Assembly: GCA_000708835.1 (NCBI GenBank)
Contig: DF237061.1
Coordinates: 124,001-188,000 of the forward strand
Reading direction: 5' to 3'
Origin: Klebsormidium nitens
Lineage: Eukaryota; Plantae; Klebsormidiophyceae
DNA: 64,000 nt
Part shown: one piece after another, positions 47,700 to 59,999 of the stretch
Numbering within the stretch: position 1 is the first letter of the stretch
How the letters are laid out: every line of letters begins with the position of its first letter
Program-made: the position numbers and the translations under genes
The notes under the pieces: model-generated
What the model saw: only the letters and a program-made list of their open reading frames with translations
Told to the model about the DNA's origin: nothing
Databases searched by the model: none

Positions 47700-50075
47700 T
47701 GCCTCAACCCGTTTTTGATTCACGCCAAGGTCGCCATAGCCGACCCGGCTGGCAGAGTAAACCGCTATGCTAGTTCTGCCATTCTCAGGTATGAAGTCTG
47801 CGTAGATGTCGTCCGCAAATCTGAATATGAGAGATTTTTGTGTATGGTGTGTCCGGACCACCTTCCCCTCTATATCTTCCCCCTGCAGTTGACATGGAAA
47901 GCACTCTTTCGATTGAGGACTTCAAAGTGATATAGATCTCACTGAATTCTCACCTCATCTGATCCAGGGCGGTAACATGCTCCACCGTCGTGCTTGCGCT
48001 CCATTAGCATTGCAGTTGCATTGAAAGGTAGTGTTAAATCTTCCCAGCTCGCAAGCCACAACTGAGCTGGAAGCAGCGCACCGTTGAGCTTACCTCTAGT
48101 TTGGTTCTAACTTGCTGCTGCGCGACCTTTTTCCAGGCTTCTGCTACTTCCTTTGGGCTTTGCCGGAAACTAGGAGCGGGCCGCATAGAGGGGGACACTG
48201 TGTAACCTGCAGAAGAGATGGTCGTTTGAACTGAGGTGCTCACTGTTCCTTGATCTCTATCACAATCTTAAAAGATGTAGAATAGACATGTTGTGCTACT
48301 GCTGAGTGTCCAGGCAGGCACTGCTCTGCATCTGTGGAATGAAATGAAAGATTCAAGAGAGGATCTGGAGAAAGGAAGGTCGTGCTGGAGTGATGGGTGT
48401 TTGCGTGAAACGATGGTAAGATTCAACAAGGCCCGGTTCGAGAGACTGGCACTGAGGAAATCACACCACCATTGGAGGTTGTCATCCAGTCGCCTTGATG
48501 CACAAGAAGCAACATATTCCTGGTCGAATGTGCTCACCATTGGGGGCCACCAAGTACTGATTGGGGGAGGGTTTCAGGGTGAGCCCCTTCAGTGTCCGAG
48601 AGATGGTGGCGGCCGCCATACTTGCCTGCTTGTTCATCCAATGCTGCAATGCTGTTGTCATTGATTGCCTGCCGCCATGATCATTTTGTGCCCATCGCGC
48701 TTCGCGGCCGCCTGCGCTATTTGAAGCGGCCGCGTACTGAGGGCCGCCGCGCGCAAGTACGGTCACGGCCGGGTGCCTTAAACCCCGCGAGTACCGTCCG
48801 GGCGGCCGCGACTGCAATGCGCGGCCCGCGGGTTCGCGGCCTTACGGTCACACGGCCGGCGCGCGCGCGAGGCGCCAGTCATGAAGCCATATGGCCATAG
48901 CCTGCTGCATGGCATTGCCAGCATTTCAAGTTGGTGCATGTGTGGAAGCTGCCCTCCTAGCACGAGCGCAGACGTCTCGTGAGCTGAGCGTGCATCAAGT
49001 CATGGCTACCACACGGCTACCAGCGCCAGCTGCAAGTGGACGTGCAGGTCTTGTCAGGCTCAGCGAGGTTCAGACCCGGTTCAGAGCAACATTTTCTGAG
49101 CGAGTTGCTGGTTGCATCTTTTGGTTCCTTAGGAACAGTAAATCTCAAGACCCATCGAATGCATCTCTTTCTTCCTTGAAGAGTAGCTTACACGCGGAGC
49201 GTCAGCAATGAGCCGGGCAATGAGCCGTGTTGAGTTGTTGAGGCGTGTCTTTCGCGCAGTCTACTTAAAACGGCGGACGGCTCAACATGCTGGTATGTCG
49301 CTGATGAACTGTCGGTGTGCGAACAGGCCCTATGTCGATGCTTGCAGGTCTATTGTGAGTATCCCGCCTTTGACAAGAAGCTGACTGGGGCATCGAATCG
49401 GTTTGTCTACTAAGTGTCTACACGGTTCGCTCTAAGAAGCAACTAGGGCCAGGCCGTAAGCGCCTCCTCCATTTGGGTTGTTGATTCTTCTCAGAACCTT
49501 CTATTATGGAAGCTCAACAGTTGAGAAGGTAAGGTGTGTCAGACAACCTCTTGCTTCTCTTCAGGTGTGTCCGCTTTGTTGTTTCCCTTTCACTGCATGA
49601 GCTCGGCGCCTACATGTGTTTTGACGGGCTGCTTCGATTTCCCCTTCGGGTGTCTTTTATGCCATTCAGAGCTTTGTAGGACACTGCGCAACTTGAATTG
49701 CAGTCCCCGTTGTTGTTTGGGAAGTCAAAAAGAAATGTCGAGTCTGCGTCTCAGGTGCGGGGGTTCCAATGTTCGACGCTCTCCTCAAGCACGATCTGAA
49801 AACAGGCGCGTTAAGCAATATCCATCCTTTCGGGCATCAACAGTATGGCGGCGAGCCGATCTTCGCTCCTTCCACTCAGAGGACCGAAGCGGAGGAAGAT
49901 GAATTCGAAGACAGAGGATTCCTGCTAACGCATGTTTATGACGAGGTTTCTGAGCGACTCGGATGCGCTCGGTGCTCTTTCTGGATGCAAGAAAAGTTGA
50001 CGCGCCAGAGCCCTTAGCGAGTTAGCGAGGGTGATGCTATTCGCTAGAGTTCCGTATAGTTTCCATGGCATTTTT
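47700..50075 (+). pseudogene. Carotenoid cleavage dioxygenase (RPE65/CCD family) pseudogene
   Basis: Colinear fragments: PQPV-[frameshift]-LIH (~47702-47721), ALHLWNE (~48320), CEYPAFDKKLTGASNRFVY followed by in-frame TAA (49411-49413), FDALLKHDLKTG...YGGEPIFAP...EDRGFLLTHVYDE, then frameshifted SVLFLDARK...PLARV...RVPYSFHGIF (His codon at 50064). The 49348-50075 part is well supported; the upstream fragments are weaker. Confidence 0.72.
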
Positions 50076-51296
50076 TTGGATCGAAGCGTAAGGTGCGATA
50101 GGTTATGTTTGGTTTGGAAGTTGTTCGGATTGCATAGTGCTGCAGCCAGCTGATTTCACAATTCATGAGAGCATAGTCTGTTAGTGAAATATTGAGCACC
50201 GTCATTGAGCACTGGCATATCCAAGACTTCGGACTGAACATAAAGATTGCTCGCTAAAGAAGTTGTATTGAGTCTACTAGAAAATGATTATGCGATAGAA
50301 CGAACCATGCCACGTAGATACATTATTTGTAAGCTTAGTCACGGTAAGTTGAAGTGATCAAGATTCAAGGCACCAACATAGGTTTAGCTGTACAGACATC
50401 CGAGCAGAAAGTGCCACGAGGACCGACTTGTTTGTTGGGACAGCAACGGATTGCTTCAATTGAATTCTGCGTTGAGCATATGCAGTGGATCGATCTTTTA
50501 GAGAGTCATGCACTTCATGTCGTCACGGTGTGTATACCTAACGCTTCAATGCAGCAGAAACTGGCCGCACATGCGCGCTTAAGTCGATATCCACTCCGAC
50601 ATGAAAGAAGAGCTAGCTAGAGTCCAGTAGAGTCCGACTGGCTTCAATATTGATGACTGTCATGCGATCACCCGCTTCATATGTCTGATACATGACTCTT
50701 CTTTCAGTTTCTCCTGTATATGGTCACAGCAACGATTGGACTAGCATGCATTGATAAGCTAGCACGGCTCTAATTGGGGTCTAATTGCATTCGGATTGCA
50801 ATTGAACAGCGTAGCTTGACGCGGGGCCGGCAGTGTTGCGTTTAGTAAGTGTGGTCCGATCGCAACAATTACACTGAGATCGGATGTAGCCATTCACTCC
50901 ACAAGTGCAGGCTTGATTTCAGTTGTACCAGCATTTATTTGATTCATCGCATGCATTGCATTAACGCTTTCAGCAAACCGTTTGGATCACAGCGGGCAGC
51001 TCGCAACCTTGTGATGTCCACGATTCGTTCACAAGCGAGGGCACAGATGAACGTACACAAAGGGCTATCCGTAAAAGTCAGCCAGCTTCGTTTCGACGTT
51101 GGTTTGCTAATTTAGCAATCATGCAGGGTGCTATAGCTATTGTAAGAGTTGGTAACACTCAGCCGAGGACATGGCGTCAAATAAGGTAGACTTTTGCATG
51201 CATACAGTCCCTGGCGCAACCTGGAGACCAAGCCCTCCTATCATATAATTAATCCATTGAGCCCTTTACAACACGGATGAACAAAGACTATCCCGA

Positions 51297-54200
51297 TCAA
51301 CTACTCGTCAGATGTGTAGCCAAGCAGGAGCCCACAAGTGAGGCCATCTGCCAGGTGACAAATTGCGCCTGCGAAACAAGATGGTCATCATCAAAAATGA
51401 GACAACTATTGGGCATGCAGAAACGCGCTATCTACTGGCCTCATACGTTCGAAAGGAGACGCTGAAGCACTTTTACGAACCGTGTTCTTTCTGCAAGTCA
51501 CATAGTAAAGGCAATCTTGTCTTCTGCTGGTGGCAGCATTTCGTTGGCTCCAACTCGGTCCTTACACGTGCTGATAGTCGCAAGAAAGAATATGGTATTC
51601 AACTTAGCTAGGTTCACAACTGAGCTCTTCAAGCTACGTCTTGTTCCTGAAGTGCACAACAAAACGCTGGGTAGATGCTGGGACTACAAGGATTTGAGCA
51701 TGAGGCACGTACCTTCCCGGTTGCCAATCCCATGAACCCTGGCCCCGGGCAAATGCCACCTAGGCCCCAACCGACTCCAAAAAGGGCGGATCCGACAAGT
51801 AGCTTCATGTCGATCGTTGTGTCTGCATACAACGCACAAGGCCAGAGTCAATAAAAGACATTGTCGAGCATGTAAGCCTTCATGGCATCAGAGCATTGAG
51901 CAGTTCAAAGAGAAGCCACCCACGCAGGGTTTTCGTCGTTCCCCTGCTTGTCGTTTGCCTTTCAGGACTCCAGCCGGGAGGAGGACCGCGTAGGACGAAC
52001 CTGCTAAGTAGACATCGCTCGTACGAACACGTCTGGCTGGGCAGGACTCCAAAGCATATCATACTTCACTGACGGGCTTCCGTTGTGTGTTGCAGGTAGT
52101 AGATAGTTTCCGATCCTGATCAGGCTCCTTGCTACAAGAGTCTGCTTCTCGAGCGTTTTGCAAGAGAAGGTAACAGCTATGGAATGCAGATTGAGTCAAG
52201 CGCTCTGTGCAGAGGGGCTGATGATCGACGGGGCTTACTTGTAACCGGCTCGAACTTGCTGCGAAGCAGCGGGCGCTTCCATTTGTAAATCAAGTTGAAC
52301 GACACCACGTTTAAGCAAACGGCTCCTGCCATCACCTGTAGTAAGCACGGCTGCGTCAGGAGCTCGAAAACGCTTTTACAGTCTAGATGGAGTGTGGAAC
52401 TAAAGTTTCCAGCTGACTAGAGTCCGTGTTGGTGAGAGAGAGAAACAAATACACCAGAGACGAATGGACGAAAGTACAGCGCTCTGCATGAGTACCAAAA
52501 ATCCTTTGTCGCTAATGCAATCCGTAACCATACAGTAAGCAGATCCGCATGGCATGGTTGCTTTGAATGATAAGCTTGTCGAATGCGTCTAACATAGTGT
52601 CTCAAGCCCTGTGACAATCGGGACAATTTCGACAATCGGGACAAGCACCAACTTACAACGGATCAAACTTCCAGTCCTTGGGCTGCCTACAAGTGCAACG
52701 AACGTGGGATTGGTCCACTTACAAAGGCCAAACTGGGATCCCAGTCGCCTGCCACGTTCAGGAAGCCAGTCACCTTGGCAGGATTAGTCCTGCAACAGAA
52801 GCGACCTCTTCTCAGTACGTAGGATGGCCGTCCTATAAACGAACTGACAGGGAAACCCGTAGATATGATGCCATCTAGTCCCTTCCTGTCGCATGTAGGG
52901 TCAATTGTCCTTGATTCTGCCCACAATGAAAATTGCTCATCGATTTAACGGCTGGCAATCTAGAGCAACTTAGGCCTCTAAGTTTCACTTCTTGCAATCA
53001 CGAGAGCTTTCGGACATTGACAATAAGATGATGTTCCATACTGGTAGGTATAAGCTGGTTTTTCCAAGCAAGCAGATAGTACAAACCACGTAAATGCTCA
53101 CATGCCACTCAGTCCCAGGCCAGCCGAAAAGACGAGCCCTGACGCAAGGGCCGCCAGAAGGCTTGCAAAGGTGTCCTCCTCTGTTGCTGGAGGAGGCGCA
53201 GGCTTCACCAAGGGTTCCTGCTTGGATAAGAAAATGTAAGCACAAGGAAGGCACAAGCTGAGGAAGAAAGACGTCAACACACTCCGGTTCAAGCTGTGGC
53301 TTCTAGGCAAGTCCGGGTTGAGAGTGTGCTTCTGAAACGTGTCTTTTTGCATGTTACATGACACGTCCATAGAACAGAATCGGACTAGATCCAACCGGTC
53401 GATGGATATTCAGTCGGCTTACCTTGGAAGACTCCGGAGCATTGGTATCAGCGGTGCTGACGCTTGGGGCTCTCAAGGACTTCAACAGGGCCCAAGCTGG
53501 AAGTGCCAGCATCGCTGCAACAGAACTTTCGAAAAGTCAACGCTCAGGCTTGAACAACTTTCGAAATGTCAACGCTCAGGCTTGACCCAAACAAGTTCTA
53601 TGCGACGCCGTTAATGAACTCAAATGGATCGAAGCCAATCATGCGGTCCAGCTACTATCAGTTTGTTGTCAGAACTCGAAAATAACTGCAGATCCGGCCC
53701 CTTGCAGCACAAAACAACAGGCAACCTACTACATAGTCAAAGGTAATTTTACCTGCAGCATAAACAACTGAGATGATTGGTAAGCGCTGTGTGCTGGTAC
53801 GCATCAAGCCGGATAGACCAAAACTGTTTGTCTTGCTTGCAGCGACTGCTGTTGCGACTCCTGTTGCCATGAATGTTCCGACGGCTGCAAACGACCGCTT
53901 CGAGAGTCTCGGAAGTCCACAGACTCCATGACCACTTGTGCAACCATTCGCCAGCTGCAGACACGAGGCACTTGATTTCACATAGTGTATGAAGGACTTC
54001 AAGACTCTGGTTCAAAAAGGCTGCAATTGACATTGGGGCTTTAGTGACCCCTGTGATTTCTAAATTCACAATTGCATGCCAGACTGGGGGCGTGAGAGCA
54101 GAGGTGCCCCTTATTAAATCCTCCAGGGTACAACCAATAGATTATCTGTCAGATCACCAAATATCTTGTGGACAGAAGATCAGCAACGCACAAAAAAAGG

Positions 54201-55846
54201 GTCTTTTTGCTTGCCAAGGAAGCGTCTGTGTCTTGTACAGGCCAGCGGCACTCACAGAAGGAGACAGCTTCAGCTGAAACACTTTTCTGTTCAATGGGAG
54301 TAGAAAAAGGACTATTTATACAATGTTTTCCAAACCAGAAGCTCTTTCATTGGTGTGGCCTCACCATGGTGCCGAAGCCAACCAGTGTCCCCGCAAGAGC
54401 CGGGACAGCAGTACTTGCAGACGGGCTTGCTTCAATCACCGGGCCATAGACGGTTGGCTGAATCGCTTCCCAAACGATGGCGCCGCAACCCAGACCTCCT
54501 AAAAAGGTGCTCTTCCATCGGAAGCCCTGACTCTTCAGTAGGGTTCCTGTACATCAATAAATCTGTCCGCTGAGAAAGCATTCTGCATGCAATAGAAGGT
54601 TGCAATAGACAGCACAAAAGTCACACTCCATGAAAATCCTTTGTGCTCAAAAGCTGCCCCTTGATCATCTTGACAATAGACCTGCGGAGCGCTTCCCTTG
54701 AGACAGAATATTCCAAAGCTGGTAACCTCAACAGGCGGGCANNNNNNNNNNNNNNNNNNNNNNNNNNNNNNNNNNNNNNNNNNNNNNNNNNNNNNNNNNN
54801 NNNNNNNNNNNNNNNNNNNNNNNNNNNNNNNNNNNNNNNNNNNNNNNNNNNNNNNNNNNNNNNNNNNNNNNNNNNNNNNNNNNNNNNNNNNNNNNNNNNN
54901 NNNNNNNNNNNNNNNNNNNNNNNNNNNNNNNNNNNNNNNNNNNNNNNNNNNNNNNNNNNNNNNNNNNNNNNNNNNNNNNNNNNNNNNNNNNNNNNNNNNN
55001 NNNNNNNNNNNNNNNNNNNNNNNNNNNNNNNNNNNNNNNNNNNNNNNNNNNNNNNNNNNNNNNNNNNNNNNNNNNNNNNNNNNNNNNNNNNNNNNNNNNN
55101 NNNNNNNNNNNNNNNNNNNNNNNNNNNNNNNNNNNNNNNNNNNNNNNNNNNNNNNNNNNNNNNNNNNNNNNNNNNNNNNNNNNNNNNNNNNNNNNNNNNN
55201 NNNNNNNNNNNNNNNNNNNNNNNNNNNNNNNNNNNNNNNNNNNNNNNNNNNNNNNNNNNNNNNNNNNNNNNNNNNNNNNNNNNNNNNNNNNNNNNNNNNN
55301 NNNNNNNNNNNNNNNNNNNNNNNNNNNNNNNNNNNNNNNNNNNNNNNNNNNNNNNNNNNNNNNNNNNNNNNNNNNNNNNNNNNNNNNNNNNNNNNNNNNN
55401 NNNNNNNNNNNNNNNNNNNNNNNNNNNNNNNNNNNNNNNNNNNNNNNNNNNNNNNNNNNNNNNNNNNNNNNNNNNNNNNNNNNNNNNNNNNNNNNNNNNN
55501 NNNCACTCTCACGGATTTGGTGAGCTCAGGGGTCATCCGGTGCACCAGTATTTAAGTGGTCGCTGCCGGACCACGTCAAAATCTACTACGGTACTCGATG
55601 TTGATCAAATTAAGAGCTCATTTCAATAATCACATCTCGACACAATTCTACCAGCTGGTGGCCAGCTTATGACAACAAAGCAGCGCAGGCAGCCTTCAAT
55701 GTGCTGACTAGCAGCTCACCTCTAATGATACTCGAAAGGCCGCTGAGCCTCCCACTACAGGCAAGATACAATGTTGCCGCAGCACCTATAAGCACGCCTC
55801 CAGCAAGGGATGCGGCTGGGGTAAAGTCAGGTGAGATCTGCGGCAT
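51297..55846 (-). CDS. Fused YeeE/YedE-family (sulfur transport/TsuA-like, DUF6691-type second half) membrane protein, 354 aa, 9 exons
   Basis: Exons 55846-55720, 54546-54365, 53954-53753, 53514-53423, 53217-53102, 52789-52723, 52335-52239, 51822-51713 and 51368-51297 total 1065 nt in frame without needing the N gap. Motifs: GGVLIG...[61 protein letters not shown]. Confidence 0.88.
53524..53585. repeat. Intronic tandem duplication, 32-bp period, just upstream of a YeeE-gene acceptor
   Basis: aactttcgaaa(a/t)gtcaacgctcaggcttga starts at 53524 and at 53556. Confidence 0.85.
54742..55503. other. Assembly gap (762 N) within intron 1 of the YeeE/YedE gene
   Basis: Run of n characters. Confidence 0.99.
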
Positions 55847-56508
55847 TGTCTTCAATGACTGCGACTTCAACGACGGATAATTTTTAACAAGCCCCTAATA
55901 TTCACACCAGGAAAGGACAACCAAACCTACAAGTGGATCTGATCAAAAGCAGCCCGTAATTTTCCACAAATGCTGATCAACCAGCCCAGCTCAAATAACA
56001 GATGGCTGCATCTCAATGCCCCGCGTGATCTTGTTTGCAACTCGTCACCAACAGGTACAATCAAATTGTGACAATGAATCCAAGACAGAGCTGGGACACA
56101 GCGCTCGATCTTTGTTGCAGCTTGAACTGGGCTTCCTATGCAGATGGAAGCAGAACGACCGGACGTCGGCTGAGCTTCTGGCCAGACTTTACTCGGACGT
56201 TCCCTGCTCTGGAGTATCTCCTGAGTTAGGACTATCTCCTACTGTAGTAGTGGTTTGCCTGTACTGTCAGTCTTGCTTTGTCCTGATCAACAGAGAATGG
56301 TTCAGCCTGCACAATCTGGCGCTTTCCTTTGCCTTTGGATGTCATGCACGCAAGCAAATGACCTCGCAGAAGTTAGAACCTACTAGTCGATGTCACCAGT
56401 GTCAGTGTCACGTGACTGTCGCTCAGTACTCGGCGGGCCTTTTGTCGTCACTATCCTACCGTCCGATGATCGGAGGTTTACACGGCCAGAGTAGGTATAC
56501 CGTATGTA

Positions 56509-56672
56509 GGTACTTGACGGGCACCCGAGGGGCCTAAGGCCCAGGGCCTGCGGCCTGCCTAGCTTCGGCGGTACATGTAAGAGGTAGGCTTAGGTATGAG
56601 TACCTACCTACCTATTAGTAACTTGATGGGTACCGTACGCTAGGTGCATGTATCAAAAAGTCCCTAGGTACG
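56509..56672. repeat. Second GTAC-rich patch, in a divergent intergenic region
   Basis: Six GTAC in ~165 bp. It shares gtacctaccta with the 36-kb island. Confidence 0.5.
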
Positions 56673-57527
56673 TCTCTTCTGACAGCAACTGTTCGTTGAC
56701 ATCAGCACAAGCTCATGGATGGGCCTAGCTATAGAAGGCTGTAGGCTGGCTGCGGGCTCAGTGGCTGAAAATCACCTGACCCCTTCAGCTGACATCACTT
56801 TCGAACGCGCTTATGTTTTTATCAACGGCCCCAATCGTTTTGCTTGAACTGTACGGCTGCGATTGCACGCCGAAGTTGCCGCTAGAGCAGCGGTTACGGG
56901 GGTGGATGACTTCACATGGGACCGTGACGCACGAGCGAGGGCGGCATTGAGCAGCTTTTTGCATGGTGCATTTGTGGCCTTGAGTCCACAATACAATCAA
57001 GCAAGACCACGCTCTGGCTCAGAACTTGAGGCTCAGCTTCGCAGCCCTGGTTTGAGATACCTTGCAAAGCGAAACCTTCGTCACGTGGAACCTCAAGCAC
57101 ACGTTTTGACAGCGTGCGCCCTAGTAAGGCCCAGGGCGGCTGGAAGACGGTAGCTAAATTTGCGGTCCCTCCATTCAAGCGTTCTAGAGGTCCTCCTTGC
57201 TTTACACAGGGCTCCAGAAGGGGATAAAGCTGAAATCCACGGCCTCTTGCATATCAAAAGATCTTACCGGTAGGAAAATATCAGCAGCTGGAGACGAATA
57301 TGACAGGGTCATTGAAGCTTTGGAGAAGAATTGATAAGGAGAAGTCGGAACGCCATTGACAGCCATTGTAACGAGCACCTCAGAAGCATTTGTAGTCAGT
57401 GAAGCTTTTCGAAGGGATGCTCTTTTCCACCAAGGAAAGCTACAAAGTTGAAAGCGAGCAGGGTTGAGGTGTTCTCTTGATCAGCATGATTGCTCTAGAA
57501 TTGTTCACCTTTTGCAGTTCCCAGTGA

Positions 57528-59999
57528 ATGTCAGCAAGCAAGATGGAGGCCATCTTGGCAGAAGCGTTGCCCAAGACGCCCCCCAGAAACAGAGTTTTTC
57601 CCATACTCATGCCTCCACGACCTCTGTCCATTGAGGTAGATGCTATCCTGGAGAAAGAAGCGGCTGTGCTGAGTCCCACTGGACCCAGGACGAGGTCTCC
57701 GTCGGTCACTCCCATGTCAAGGCTGCCAAGCCCTACTGCTGAGGAGCTTGTGTTGAGGTGAGAACATTTGACTGTTTGAAGGATGCTGATCAACAAAGTG
57801 ACCATTTGGTTCATCGCTGACATGAAGGCAGTCCATTTTGGACCCAAGCAGGCTGGCTGGCAGTGGAAAATGGTGATCCTCTTCCTTGAACAGCTCAATT
57901 GTATCCAAATTGTCTGCAATAGTAAGACATCGTGCTCTGCTTGTATGAAACCAGAACCCATGCCAACATACTGCCATCTTCTTGTCGTCCCAATGGCGAT
58001 CATGACTTTAGGACAGCACAACAGGCTTAGTTTGACATTGCGAAGTTTTGGAAGGCTGCATAAGTTTACATAGACAATAAGACCTTTTGAAATCCACAGC
58101 ATATTAAGAGAGATGGACAAGTCTCTTTTTCGGCTTCAGTTGTTCAATGGGTGGAATGTATGTAGAGGTGCAAACGCATACCTCCATGCACTGACTGGAC
58201 AAATCTTTCCTGTCTAAAACCTGTGCAAACGCACTGCTGACAGAAGACCTTTTTGTCCAGATTCTGTGCAAGCGAGTAATGCATATGTGGCCGGATTATC
58301 CTGCAGGGAGCACATGGATCTGCTTATGCTTGATGTTGCCAACAAGACACAGGAGGCTGGCCTAAATCTAGAAGATGCCTTTCCAGAGGACGCGGCCAAG
58401 GTGACCAGCAGTGAGTTGACAGCCTTTCTGCAAGAGGCGGGGTTGGATAACGCAGCAGAGACAGCGAATGAGATGGTAAGTTCTTTGTTGCGCAGGATTT
58501 GTGTGCCTGCAAAGAGCAGGATCTGAATAGGCTCTGCCTCAGCAGGGGTTAAATTGCATATTGTTTGTGATTTGGCAACCTTGACTCTGCGCGCACTTGT
58601 TTACTCACCAAAATGGTAGTCTCAGCTTTAAGCACGTTCTCTGGGCGTTTCCACAAGATCGAGTGTTCCAAGAGCTCAAAGCCTTGTAATAACCAAGAAT
58701 CTTCTGATGGATGCAGATTGCTGGCTGTAAGAAGTACGTCGGCGACAAGTCTTCAATGAGCCCCGCTGAGTTGAAGGTACACACACTGAAGCAGGCCCTC
58801 CGAGTAGCAGTTGCAAAGTAAGTGACCGTTCAAGAACGTTTCAACCTCTGTGTCTCAGATGTATCCATTGTTCCCTCTTTACACATCTACAGGAATCAAC
58901 GCAGCTGAATCCAAGTTAAGTTGCATTGCAAGCCCTGCGTTGACCTGTCTCATTGGTATCAAGTTTTGAGTGCCCTTGACCTGTTTCTCTCTGCAGCGGT
59001 CCCTTCTGCACGATGATCAGACCACCCGTGAGCCTTTGAAAGGTTGCTTGTTGAACGAACTGATCTTCAAGAAAGTCGCTAACACTACCCAACTCTTCCA
59101 AGTCTTTCAAAGGTCTAATCAAACCCTTGCTGTTCCTCTGCAGATCCCTCAGGCCCCGCAGCCGCAGCAGCTGTCACTCCAGCCCCTCCACCCTTCCCAA
59201 CTCCCGCCTCACGACCCCTCTGTCTACCCACGTCAGCGGCAGCCCCACACTCGCCCTGATCGAAGAAAACCCGCAGCCCCTCCAAGCGAGCCCCGCCAGC
59301 CCTGGCGGCAGCCGCAAGAAGCTCGGTCGCACCCGGTTTGGGCGGTCCCCAGATAGCGCCTGCCTGCAACGCAGCCCGGAGAGAGCGCCCCGGGCGGTCC
59401 CGATCGTCATTGACGAGAACCAGCCGACGGCACCGGGCAGGAAAGAGCTGAGCCCGCCGCTGCGGGGGCCTGCGAGCGCCGACCCCTTCGCGTGCCAAAA
59501 CGGCGTGCGCCTGCAAAAGGAAGCTTCGAAGGAGGCCGCTCTATTCGGCTCCCCCCCGAAGCAGCCCTTCCTGGAGCTGAGAGACCTCAACTCCAAACCC
59601 CTGCCAGGGTTTATCAGCCAGGTGGCAATCACAGCGTCCGCCAAGCAGCACCTCGCGGCCGGGGCTGCGGGCTTTGGCAACGGGACGCAGCGCAAGCTCA
59701 CGTTCGGCTCCGAGGGGATGAGCGAGGATCTGTTGGCCGGGTTTGCCCTACCGGGAAGCGCAAGGGGAAAGAAAAGGGCGAGTCGGAGAAAGTATCGGCA
59801 GGTGCCCGGGGATGCCAGCGGGGAGACGGGGGAGGCTACCGGCGTGGGGTCGGCGGCCGGGGGGCCCAGCTCTGTAGCAACGGAGGGGGTTTCCAAGACC
59901 CCGCCTCTGTCTCCGCTCCATTTTCTGATGAAACTGACGAGCCTCTGGCAGCGAGACTCGCCGAAGGCAGCAGATCGGACCGCTGTTGAGGCACAATGA
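57528..59999 (+). CDS. Hypothetical Ser/Pro-rich protein, ~451 aa, 4 exons (start codon uncertain)
   Basis: Exons 57528-57757, 58307-58475, 58717-58817 and 59144-59999 total 1356 nt in frame with canonical GT-AG sites and compatible phases (2, 0, 2). No family was recognised, and upstream coding exons cannot be excluded. Confidence 0.65.

Noticed and set aside
54535-55629. Three long ORFs of 285-336 aa in the ORF track
   Set aside because: Artefacts of translating through the 762-N gap. The YeeE/YedE gene splices across the gap in frame without them.
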